A model generated the notes under the pieces. That model did no database searches. It was not told the origin of the DNA and was given only the letters and a program-made list of their open reading frames with translations. DNA of 64,000 nt. It comes from Acidobacteriota bacterium. Lineage in GTDB: Bacteria > Acidobacteriota > UBA6911. The DNA is taken from positions 96,001-160,000 of the forward strand of contig OY761556.1 of NCBI GenBank assembly GCA_963664705.1. The letters run 5' to 3'. Positions 9,946-18,617 of this stretch are shown in pieces; the stretch's first letter is position 1; each line of letters begins with the position of its first letter. The position numbers and the translations under genes were made by a program.

Positions 9946-10514
9946 AGAACGATGCCTGTGCCCGGCCACCGGGTAAAAAGGCGGTGCTGGATATTGAATA
10001 AATCGAGAACACGGCCTACGGTGTGATCGACAATATCCTGTATGGTTTGAGGCCCATGGTAAAAGGCTGGGATGGGTGGCATGACAATCGCGCCCATTTC
10101 AGTAACGCTGACCATGTTTCGCAGGTGTCCGAGGTGAAGCGGTGTTTCCCGCGCCAGCAGCACAAGGCGCCGTCTTTCTTTGAGGGTGACATCGGCGGCG
10201 CGTGTTATCAGATTGTCGGCATACGATGAAGCCAGGGCCGATAGTGTTTTCATGCTGCAGGGGGAAATGACCATTCCATCATGTTGAAAGGAACCGCTGG
10301 CAATCCGGGCTCCAATATCGTTTATGTCATAGGCGTAGTGGGCCATGGCTTTGACTTGATCTGCTTTGAAAGCCGTTTCAATTTCAATCGTCTGTTCGCC
10401 GGCAGCAGAGATAACGAGGTGCGTCTCCACTTCCTTGATATCGGACAAAACCTGCAGTAATCGGATGCCGTAGATAACCCCGGTTGCCCCGTTCATCCCA
10501 ATTAGAATTTTCAA
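9942..10514 (-). CDS. ubiX: Flavin prenyltransferase UbiX
   Basis: GATGVIYG, IASGS, PCSMKTL, RAADVTLKERR, RETPL, PAFY. TTG start after GAGGAG. Confidence 0.95.
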   Translation of the reverse strand: MKILIGMNGATGVIYGIRLLQVLSDIKEVETHLVISAAGEQTIEIETAFKADQVKAMAHYAYDINDIGARIASGSFQHDGMVISPCSMKTLSALASSYADNLITRAADVTLKERRRLVLLARETPLHLGHLRNMVSVTEMGAIVMPPIPAFYHGPQTIQDIVDHTVGRVLDLFNIQHRLFTRWPGTGIVL

Positions 10515-10643
10515 TAGACTACTCTCCTCAATATTTGGGATTACTATACCTCCAAGCCGTCGGCGCTCAAAAGGACTCAAATAGTTAATTTTTGAAGCAA
10601 ATCGGGGGTGGGCTGATATAGTGAACTCCTGTTGGGTGAGACT

Positions 10644-11981
10644 ATGGCTTCATCGTTTACGGGTCGTTACAGATATAAAGATATCGCGAATGCTGCAGAG
10701 CAAAGCGGTTCCTGCCGCGTGGTTGTTGAGGATCAGAACCTCCAGGTTCTGCCGGATAAAGGTTCGCCCATTGCATTGGATCTCGGGGATATCGATGAAT
10801 ATATTCCGGGAGACTATGAGCTGACGCTTCGTGTTTATGACGGGAGCTTGCTTGTTTTAAGCCATTTTGCCAAAACTTATCAGAACCTTACGCACGACCT
10901 GCTGGCCGCCTATCGCGATCGGACAATCCAGTGCCTGCTGCTGGAGGATCTCGAAGAGGCCGTCCGGATTGAAGGGAACGCACAATTGGATTCCCCTGAA
11001 TTCCAGTTTTCCTGCCGGTCTGAGATAAGGCTCTATGGAAGCAATCTGGCTATTCTGCCGGAGCGGGCGACCGGAATGCAGTGGCGGCTCGCCGACATTG
11101 ATTCCATCGCTTTTGATGAGGCAGATCATGCTCTGCATGTCAGGTCGTGCGATGATCGCCTGATACTGGGAAAGCTTGCAAAGCGGACGGGGGAATTCGA
11201 AAAATTCCTGAAATCCTCCATGAGCAATGTTTCGGAAAAATCGGCCAGGGTCATTCAGCGTATCCTGCCATTTTTATCTCCGGGGCAATTCCAGCGGTTG
11301 GCTGCCATTTTGATGGAAGGGCGGGCTGCCAATATCAGGGAGATGGAAGCCATTCATCCCAAAATCGGTCAGGCGTTGGCTGAACAGACCGTTAGCGTGA
11401 AGCTGCAGCCCTACTTTGAGGCACTTCGCCAAAGGTCCATCGAACCTGGTTTGTATTCGGGTTTTAAACTCATACGCGAAGAACCCGAAGCGGATGATGT
11501 TGTTGCCGGGACGGTAGAAATCTCCGAAGCCGGGACTCCGCTGGAAGAATCCCAACCTGCGGAGACGGATGCTCCCTCCGTTATCCATTGGTACTTTTTC
11601 CCGATTTGCGGGGACCGGGGAGAGTTGCGCAACCTCGTTGCCTGGGAGGTCGTGTCCAGTGGCGGGCGCGCCACGTATTTCTTCAGACTCGTCCCCAAAG
11701 ACCAGGAGGGATTGCTGCAAAATCCCGACCAGGCGCCGTCTGTTTTGAAAGCCTCGATTCGTCGACTCAATCGGGCGCTCGTATTATTGAACTTTCGACG
11801 GGAACCAATCTACCTGAAGGATGAGTCTCTGGAAATGCAGCCTCAATATAGACGCTACGCAATTGCCTGCCGCAAAATGCCCGTTCTGCGCCAGCTTCGC
11901 AATTCTTTTCTGGGTCGGGCCCTTCACACATCGATACAGGATTGGGAAGAGCAGGTGCAGAAAATCCTGGCGAACGCTTGA
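10644..11981 (+). CDS. Hypothetical protein (about 445 aa)
   Basis: Long ORF with protein-like composition; no family recognised. Confidence 0.75.
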   Translation: MASSFTGRYRYKDIANAAEQSGSCRVVVEDQNLQVLPDKGSPIALDLGDIDEYIPGDYELTLRVYDGSLLVLSHFAKTYQNLTHDLLAAYRDRTIQCLLLEDLEEAVRIEGNAQLDSPEFQFSCRSEIRLYGSNLAILPERATGMQWRLADIDSIAFDEADHALHVRSCDDRLILGKLAKRTGEFEKFLKSSMSNVSEKSARVIQRILPFLSPGQFQRLAAILMEGRAANIREMEAIHPKIGQALAEQTVSVKLQPYFEALRQRSIEPGLYSGFKLIREEPEADDVVAGTVEISEAGTPLEESQPAETDAPSVIHWYFFPICGDRGELRNLVAWEVVSSGGRATYFFRLVPKDQEGLLQNPDQAPSVLKASIRRLNRALVLLNFRREPIYLKDESLEMQPQYRRYAIACRKMPVLRQLRNSFLGRALHTSIQDWEEQVQKILANA

Positions 11982-11988
11982 TCTGGAA

Positions 11989-12606
11989 ATGATGGACTAC
12001 GCATATCAATTTGGCGACCCGCAAGCATTGTATCTGAATGTAACCAATCGATGCACCAATCGGTGCCGGTTTTGCGTTCGTAATGGGATTGAGGGTTTGG
12101 GCGGAGCGGTGCTTTGGGGAGAGGAAGAACCGGACCTTCCTGCATTGAAGCATGCGGTTGAATCTAACGGGTCTATCGAAATATTTCGTGAGTTCATATG
12201 GTGCGGTTTTGGTGAGCCGACGTATCGCCTCGAGTTGATGAAACAGGCTGCGCCCTGGCTTCGGAGCCGAGGCGCCAAAATTCGGTTGAACACAAATGGA
12301 CATGCTTGCCTGATTCACGGCCGCGATGTTCTCCCGGAACTGTCGGAATGTGTCGACGCAGTTTCGATATCGTTGAATGCCCCGAGTGCCGAACGATACA
12401 TCGAATTATGCCGGCCGGAGTCGGTAGATTTGGGTATTGCTCCCAGTCGATACTGGGATGCCTTGCTCGAGTTTCTTGAGCGGTCCCCGCACTATTTTGG
12501 GGAAACCCAGGCAAGCGTGGTCGGGTTTTCGCTCAGCCGGGAGGAAATCGAGCAATGTCGAAGGCTGGCTCTTTCCCTGAGTGTTCAGCGCTTCAGAGTT
12601 CGATAG
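11989..12606 (+). CDS. TatD-associated radical SAM protein
   Basis: LYLNVTNRCTNRCRFC (CxxxCxxC), CGFGEPT, RLNTNG, SISLNA. Confidence 0.88.
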   Translation: MMDYAYQFGDPQALYLNVTNRCTNRCRFCVRNGIEGLGGAVLWGEEEPDLPALKHAVESNGSIEIFREFIWCGFGEPTYRLELMKQAAPWLRSRGAKIRLNTNGHACLIHGRDVLPELSECVDAVSISLNAPSAERYIELCRPESVDLGIAPSRYWDALLEFLERSPHYFGETQASVVGFSLSREEIEQCRRLALSLSVQRFRVR

Positions 12607-12626
12607 AGCTGTTGTTCCATTCCTGA

Positions 12627-13070
12627 TTACGGCTGTTTTTCGACCAGTTCGACTGTGATGTCATCCGGTCCCTTTAGATAGGCAACGCCCCACCTGCCTG
12701 TGCCATTGTTGCCCGGCGCCCATACCGGTGGATTGACAAACCGGATCCCCCTGCCCGAAAGCTCCTGATGCATTTTCTGGATGTCGTCGACCAGGAACGC
12801 AATATGTGCGGCGCCGGCATTGCATGAGGTCGAGTCGATCTTTTGCCCGCTGGGGCGGACGTATTCGATTAGTTCTATGCCTGGTCCCTGAGGGATTTCG
12901 ACAATGGATATGCGCAAAAAAGCGTCCGGCATTCCGACGATCTTCTGAACGTTCGGGTTCTCCACTTCCATGATGGGCGATGCATTCAATCCCAATAGGT
13001 CGCGGAAGAAATGGAGGGCCGCTTCAATATTGCTGACCGTAAAACTAAAATGTTCTGCCGCCTTTATCAT
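12627..13070 (-). CDS. VOC / glyoxalase family protein
   Basis: HFSFTVSNIE...FFRDLLG, IELIEY, HIAFLVDD, GPDDITVEL. Confidence 0.88.
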   Translation of the reverse strand: MIKAAEHFSFTVSNIEAALHFFRDLLGLNASPIMEVENPNVQKIVGMPDAFLRISIVEIPQGPGIELIEYVRPSGQKIDSTSCNAGAAHIAFLVDDIQKMHQELSGRGIRFVNPPVWAPGNNGTGRWGVAYLKGPDDITVELVEKQP

Positions 13071-13137
13071 TTCACGTCCTTTTTGGGGGAATATTGGCCG
13101 ATATTCGAGTGTCGGCGTATCCCGGTGGAAAGCAATC

Positions 13138-13902
13138 TCAGCGTGCGGTCCATCCGCCGTCAATAACCAGTTCAGAGCCAGTCAGGAACTTTGATTCATC
13201 CGATGCAAGATAGAGAACTCCGTAGGCAACATCATTGGGCTCACCGAAATGCCCCATGGCATGCCAGTTCAACGCCATCCTGTATTTGTCTTCATCTTTT
13301 TTCAAATCGTCCGCCATCTGCGTCTCCATGACGCCGGGATAAATGGAGTTTACTCTTATGTTGTAGTCATAACCGGCTTTGGAGCACTCAATGGCGGCTG
13401 CTTTGGAGAACTGGCGCACGCCTCCTTTGCTCGCATGGTAGGCTGAAGCGTCCGGATTACCGATCAGTCCTGCTACGGATGCGATGTTGATGATGGATCC
13501 GCCGCCCGTTTTTTTCATGGCCGCAATGGCAAACTTTGTTCCCAGGAATACACCGTCCAGGTTTACGCGCATCAGCCATTGCCACTCGGCAAGGGTAGTT
13601 TCTTCAATTTTCTTATAGATAATAACGCCGGCATTGTTGACCAATACATCGAGCCTTCCGTATTCCTGCACTGTCCTATCGATGACCCGCGCCCAATCGG
13701 GTTCGCTTGTTACATCCAACTGCAGCCCCATGGCCTTGCCGCCTGCACGACCAATGTCACCCGCTATGGCGGTGACGGCGGTTTCATCGATATCTGTGAC
13801 AGCAACCTTGGCTCCTTCGGATGCCAGCAGTAACGCCTGAGCTTTTCCGAGTCCTCCGGCACCACCCGTAATAATTGCAACTTTGTTTTTTACGCGATCC
13901 AT
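13138..13902 (-). CDS. SDR family oxidoreductase (hydroxysteroid/cyclopentanol dehydrogenase-like)
   Basis: TGGAGGLG, NNAG, YHASKG, IRVNSIYPG, GSELVIDGG. Confidence 0.93.
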   Translation of the reverse strand: MDRVKNKVAIITGGAGGLGKAQALLLASEGAKVAVTDIDETAVTAIAGDIGRAGGKAMGLQLDVTSEPDWARVIDRTVQEYGRLDVLVNNAGVIIYKKIEETTLAEWQWLMRVNLDGVFLGTKFAIAAMKKTGGGSIINIASVAGLIGNPDASAYHASKGGVRQFSKAAAIECSKAGYDYNIRVNSIYPGVMETQMADDLKKDEDKYRMALNWHAMGHFGEPNDVAYGVLYLASDESKFLTGSELVIDGGWTAR

Positions 13903-14027
13903 GCTGTGCCCTTTCCTGGTTAGAGCGTTTGATGAAGTGGATTCTATTCGCTTCAACCCGGTATAGGCAACACAAAGTCGGGCGCTGGGTCGCCATGCAA
14001 GCAGCCACGTCCCTTGGCTCCGAATAG

Positions 14028-14186
14028 AACCCCGGGCGAGCTTGCGAGCCCGGGGCTACTATCTTGCGCTAGGGTAGATGGAACAGGATCCAGCCCCGGC
14101 AGGAGCGATCAGAAAGTAGACAGGGGTGAAGCGCAGCGAACCCCTGGTAGGAGAGTGAAAAACTGGAGGCCTGAAGGGGCGAAAGA
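14028..14186. repeat. GTAG-type REP-like palindrome cluster
   Basis: AACCCCGGGC...GCCCGGGGCTAC (14028-14059) and GTAGACAGGGGTGAAGCGCAGCGAACCCCTGG (14116-14147); similar to copies at 41895, 42128, 45011 and 45130. Confidence 0.8.
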
Positions 14187-14236
14187 ACAAGTAAATGGCA
14201 TTGGGCGGGACTCCCGTGGGGTTCAGAAAAGTCGAA

Positions 14237-14291
14237 CGCCACAAACCCTGTGGGATCTCGCGGTCTGCGAAACCTCACTGGATTTGTGGCG
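14237..14291 (-). terminator. Long hairpin downstream of 14338..14706
   Basis: CGCCACAAA...TTTGTGGCG with an inner stem; T-rich tail on the minus strand. Confidence 0.55.
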
Positions 14292-14337
14292 CCTATTTGA
14301 TGGGATTATTAGGGGCGTGGTTGGAACTGCCGGGTTA

Positions 14338-14706
14338 TTACCAGCGGCGATCACGTCGGCGATATGCGTCCCGATAACCTTCCCGGTATCCGTTTTTGAA
14401 TCCCTTCATGAAATCCTTTTGGAAATGGGAATTATTATATCCGTAGCCGAAGCGGCCCATGTCGCGCGCCTTGTCACTAAAGCGGCGGCCTTCACGTGAA
14501 TCACGATGCCCTTCGCGTTCTCCATCTCGGTAGCCCTGATTGTAGCCGGAGCGATAGGCATCATCCCTTGAGTCGTACCGGTTGTAGCCTCTATCCCTGT
14601 CTCTATCCCAGTCCCTGTCATTCCATCGTCCCTGTGGCAGCGCCACAATGGGGAGCGCCAGCATAAAGGCAAGGACCGGGGCAGCCAATCTGGTTATCTG
14701 TTTCAT
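14338..14706 (-). CDS. Secreted low-complexity protein with RD-rich and GYxxG repeats
   Basis: Signal peptide; RDWDRDRDR and GYNQGYRDG; GGAGAGGA RBS. Confidence 0.7.
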   Translation of the reverse strand: MKQITRLAAPVLAFMLALPIVALPQGRWNDRDWDRDRDRGYNRYDSRDDAYRSGYNQGYRDGEREGHRDSREGRRFSDKARDMGRFGYGYNNSHFQKDFMKGFKNGYREGYRDAYRRRDRRW

Positions 14707-14771
14707 AAATCCTCTCCAATCTGATCTACCTGCTTAGATGAGGATTTGAGGCTCGGGTTTCAAATGGATCG

Positions 14772-15185
14772 CTATTTTTGTGCGACGATTGTTATGCTCT
14801 GCGATTTCAATGTTTGCGCTCTCAATTCTCGTTCAAGCTTTTGCATCCTCACCCCGGCCTTATATCCCAGCATCGAAATGCTGGAGAGGAAATGCTTGTT
14901 GCCGTACTTGTTGAAAAGAAGTTTGTCAAATGACGAATCTACACCGGGCTGGGTGAGCAAAAGACATACTCCAACGCCTTCCTTGGTTTTTATTGCAATG
15001 AAGGAGCCGGTGGGAGCCGTTCCGGATTTCATTTCAAAGGAATAATCCCCCGCTGGGAACTGCTCGCTGCCAACATAAAAATCGAAGGGGACGGTGATGT
15101 GCATTGTGGGAGAAAAGGCATAGGCGGAGCCCGCGACAAGAGTCAATACGGTGACAATAGATAAGGCTAACAGATTGCGTCTCAT
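14772..15185 (-). CDS. Secreted hypothetical protein (VPFDFxVG...PAGxY family)
   Basis: Signal peptide ending AYA; GGAGG RBS. Confidence 0.8.
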   Translation of the reverse strand: MRRNLLALSIVTVLTLVAGSAYAFSPTMHITVPFDFYVGSEQFPAGDYSFEMKSGTAPTGSFIAIKTKEGVGVCLLLTQPGVDSSFDKLLFNKYGNKHFLSSISMLGYKAGVRMQKLERELRAQTLKSQSITIVAQK

Positions 15186-15353
15186 AATTCCTCCAATGGG
15201 ATCTGCGGATTCCCAAGCCCCCTATTGGACTTGGTTTTCCGCCGGTTTATTGTTTTATACGCGGAGGGGATGAAGGTATCTGTGAGGGTTCTGTTAGGAA
15301 TTTGGGAGCGGCTTAACCCGGCACGTTTCCGTGAACATGTACCGGAATCAGCA

Positions 15354-16973
15354 CTAGGCTGTTGGGAATTGCTTCAGCAGCTTTTTGTAGCGGGGCGACG
15401 ATCGCAAAGGATCGAGATTGCTGTCATGTTCCAGCCAGGTTTTTTGTTTGAGGCCGCTTCGAACGGCTTTTTCGAGAGAGTTCAGTGCGTCATCATATTT
15501 CCTGGCTAGTGACTGGATGCAGGCAACATTGTAAAGAACCATGGGTTCATCCGGATCAATTCTCATTGCCTGTTCGGCCCATTCCAGTCCCCGGGCATGT
15601 TCGCCTAATCCAACCAGTCCGTTCGCTCCCATATACAGGGCGCGCGTATCGTCGGGATTCAGCATCAGTTTGGATTGCGCAGCCTTTATTCCGCGCAGCC
15701 GGGATGCTTTGGCTTTTTCTTCCTCTCCGAGATCCGAATAGATCTGTGCCACAAGAAGCGGCGCCTGGTAGTCGTGCGGGTTTACCTCGATAGCCTTTTC
15801 ATACATCTGTATCGTTTTCGGCAAATTCCCCTGCGCGAAACAGACTCTGGCGTAGAAGTAATAAGCTTCGAACAGCATGGGATCGAGCTGAATGGCGGTC
15901 TCGAACTCTTCCTCCGCACAGGCATAGTCCTTTTTCAGGGAACAGGCAACTCCCCGGGATGCATGCGCCTCGGCCGAATCGGGGTCCAGATTTAGAGCCT
16001 TGAGGCTCATCGTGTCGGCTTGTTTCCTGTGCTCGTCGTGATTGCCGGCATACAGGTAGAGGAAGGCACTGCAATCGGCAATCCCTGCATAAGCCCGCAC
16101 GAAACCGGAATCCAGCTCGATGGCTTGTGTGAACATCTTCAGTGCAAACTCAATGCTCTTTCTCTTATATTGATAAAAAAAAACCTTTCCCCGAAGGTAA
16201 TAGTCGTAGGCTTCCAGATCCGTGGTTGGCGCCCTGCCGATCGCGTTGCTTTCTCTCGGCGTTAAAGCGATCTTCAGGGTTGCCGCAATGCTTCTGGCGA
16301 TTTCATCCTGTATGGCAAAAATGTCTTTCAGTTCTCGATCGTATTGTTCCGACCAGAGGTAGCAGCCGTCCTCCGCTTTGATCAGCTGGGCGGTGACCCG
16401 TATTCGCTGGCCTTCTTTTCGTACGCTTCCCTGAAGAATGGTTTCCACGCCGAGTTTTTTTCCGATCGAGCGGACGTCTTCCGGCTTGGATTTGAATGCA
16501 AAGCTTGAAGTGCGGGAGGAAACTCTCAGCCCGCGGATGTGAATCAGGTTATTGATAATTTCTTCTGCAATGCCGTCACAGAAATACTCCTGGTCTTTGG
16601 CGGAACTCATATCCGAAAAAGCCAGAACTGCGATGGATCCTCGTGAACCGTGGGTGGCTTTGCCTGAAACCTCCGCGATCAGGCGATAGCCTCTTCGCGC
16701 AATGGTTTCAATGATCTTCGGATTTCTCGCGTCGTCGTGGAAAGCTTTGCGAAGCTCCGAAATTGAATATCGAAGGACTTCATTGCTGACAAAAGTATCC
16801 TGCCACACCGCCTGCATAATCTGGTTCTTGGATAGTACTTCACCGGGGTGGTCGGCCAGAAAGGTCAGAACTTCGATCACCTTGGGTTCTATCGAGACCT
16901 TTTTATTGGCGCGCGTCATTGAATTCAGATCGGGTTCAACCAGCCACTCGCCTACTCGGAATTCGCGAGCCAT
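15354..16973 (-). CDS. Winged-helix (OmpR/CadC-type) + TolB-like + TPR transcriptional regulator
   Basis: IEPKVIEVL...ISELRKAF...IETIARRGYRL; SIAVLAF..MS...YFCDGIAEE; multiple TPRs. Confidence 0.9.
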   Translation of the reverse strand: MAREFRVGEWLVEPDLNSMTRANKKVSIEPKVIEVLTFLADHPGEVLSKNQIMQAVWQDTFVSNEVLRYSISELRKAFHDDARNPKIIETIARRGYRLIAEVSGKATHGSRGSIAVLAFSDMSSAKDQEYFCDGIAEEIINNLIHIRGLRVSSRTSSFAFKSKPEDVRSIGKKLGVETILQGSVRKEGQRIRVTAQLIKAEDGCYLWSEQYDRELKDIFAIQDEIARSIAATLKIALTPRESNAIGRAPTTDLEAYDYYLRGKVFFYQYKRKSIEFALKMFTQAIELDSGFVRAYAGIADCSAFLYLYAGNHDEHRKQADTMSLKALNLDPDSAEAHASRGVACSLKKDYACAEEEFETAIQLDPMLFEAYYFYARVCFAQGNLPKTIQMYEKAIEVNPHDYQAPLLVAQIYSDLGEEEKAKASRLRGIKAAQSKLMLNPDDTRALYMGANGLVGLGEHARGLEWAEQAMRIDPDEPMVLYNVACIQSLARKYDDALNSLEKAVRSGLKQKTWLEHDSNLDPLRSSPRYKKLLKQFPTA

Positions 16974-17072
16974 GCTTCTCCTCTTCCTATTGAACCTGTT
17001 TCCGACTTAATTGATAGCCAGTCCCTATTATGCTACAGCTCACATCATTAAACGAATTTTGAGCCAATAAGT

Positions 17073-18560
17073 TCACAGTTTTCTTAATTCTCGCCGCAAT
17101 ATTTTCCCTTGTGGCGTCTTTGGAAGATCCGAAACGAAATTGATTCTCTTCGGGACTTTATAGCGAGCCATTCGCTCTTTGCAGAAGGCGATCAATTCTC
17201 TTTCATCGACGGCCAATCCCGGCTTTATTGTGACAAATGCCGTGACCGCCTCTCCGTACTCACGATCCGGCAAGCCGACGACTCCGCACTCGTTAACCGC
17301 CCGGTGTTGGTGCAGCAGGTCCTCGACCTCCTTTGGAAAGACATTTTCGCCGCCCGTGATAATGATGTCTTTGATCCGGTCGACGATATACAGATATCCT
17401 TCCTCGTCGAAGATTCCGACGTCTCCGGAGTGCATCCAGCCGTTTCGAAGTGCCGCCGCTGTCTCAGCGGGCTGCTCGTAATAGCCTTTCATCACATTCG
17501 GACCGCGAATGATGATTTCGCCCTGATCGCCTTGCTTTACCTCGACGTCATTGGAGTCGACAAGCTTTACCTCAATGATTCCGGCGGGCATGCCAATGGA
17601 TCCGATCTTGTGCCGGAAAAGGTGATTGAACGTTACGAGCGATGCTACCTCTGTCATTCCATAGGCTTCATGAATCGGGAGTCTGAAGGCATCAAGCCAT
17701 TGACGCACGATTTCTGCCGGCATGCTTGTTCCGCCGGAAAAAACGTATTGGACGCTATTCAGGTACTTATGGGTTTCCGGGTTATTCAGAAATCTGATGA
17801 ATATGGTGGGGACGCCGTAAAAGCGGGTCACTTTTTGTTCGCTTACGCCTGCAATAACACTATCCATATCAAATGCGGAGAAGAGCAGAAGCGTGGCGCA
17901 CTGGGAAAAATAGGTGTGCATGATGTGGCACTGCGCGAAAACGTGGTTGAGCGGCAGGAAGCAGATGCCAACGTCTCCCGGGACCAATTTTTCGTGATAG
18001 GCCACATTCTGTGCGCTGTAGAGCAGGTTCCTGTGAGTCAGCATTGCACCCTTGGGAGTCCCGGTCGTTCCGCCGGTGTACAGAATAGCGGCCGGATCAT
18101 CTCCCGAAGTTTCCACCTCAGGGCAAATTCCGGGGAACGTTTCCCCGCGCAGGGCGCGTTGGAAGGTCTCATCCCGTTCGACCACGATCAAATTGCGAAT
18201 GAGGGGGATGGTTTCCGAGGGAGGCAACTGATCGAGCAACTGCTCGGACGTTACGATAACGGACGAACGGGAATCATTCACGACGCTCCTGATTTCGTCT
18301 CTTTTGTAAGCGCCGGGAACGCAGACGGAGATTGCGCCCAATTTTGCAATTGCGTAATAAACCAGGACCCATTCGGGTCTGTTTGCCATGTAGATGGAGA
18401 CCCGGTCGCCTTGGCCCACTCCCATTCCTGCCAGGTATTTGGACAGAGTTTGGATGGATTGGTTCATCTCCGCATAGGTAAAGCTTGAAGAGCCGAAGAT
18501 CAGAGCTTTTTTATCCGGATAACAAAGAGCGGCATTCTCAAACAAATCGGCAACATTCAT
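17073..18560 (-). CDS. Long-chain fatty-acid--CoA ligase
   Basis: YTGGTTGTPKG, YGMTE, SGD, DRIKDIIITGGENVFP, GKILRR. Confidence 0.92.
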   Translation of the reverse strand: MNVADLFENAALCYPDKKALIFGSSSFTYAEMNQSIQTLSKYLAGMGVGQGDRVSIYMANRPEWVLVYYAIAKLGAISVCVPGAYKRDEIRSVVNDSRSSVIVTSEQLLDQLPPSETIPLIRNLIVVERDETFQRALRGETFPGICPEVETSGDDPAAILYTGGTTGTPKGAMLTHRNLLYSAQNVAYHEKLVPGDVGICFLPLNHVFAQCHIMHTYFSQCATLLLFSAFDMDSVIAGVSEQKVTRFYGVPTIFIRFLNNPETHKYLNSVQYVFSGGTSMPAEIVRQWLDAFRLPIHEAYGMTEVASLVTFNHLFRHKIGSIGMPAGIIEVKLVDSNDVEVKQGDQGEIIIRGPNVMKGYYEQPAETAAALRNGWMHSGDVGIFDEEGYLYIVDRIKDIIITGGENVFPKEVEDLLHQHRAVNECGVVGLPDREYGEAVTAFVTIKPGLAVDERELIAFCKERMARYKVPKRINFVSDLPKTPQGKILRRELRKL

Positions 18561-18617
18561 GATGAGCTCTCCTGACGATCTGCTTTTTCCACACCAGCCT
18601 GGTTAACCCTTCCGGCC

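Noticed and set aside
14014-14499. ORFs across REP clusters (also 41717-42437 and 44942-45433)
   Set aside because: Translations of palindromic repeats; the similar peptides at 42029-42253 and 45161-45433 reflect the DNA repeat.
17109-18488. 459-aa plus-strand ORF
   Set aside because: Antisense shadow of the acyl-CoA ligase with no motifs; expected from GC-rich codon bias.
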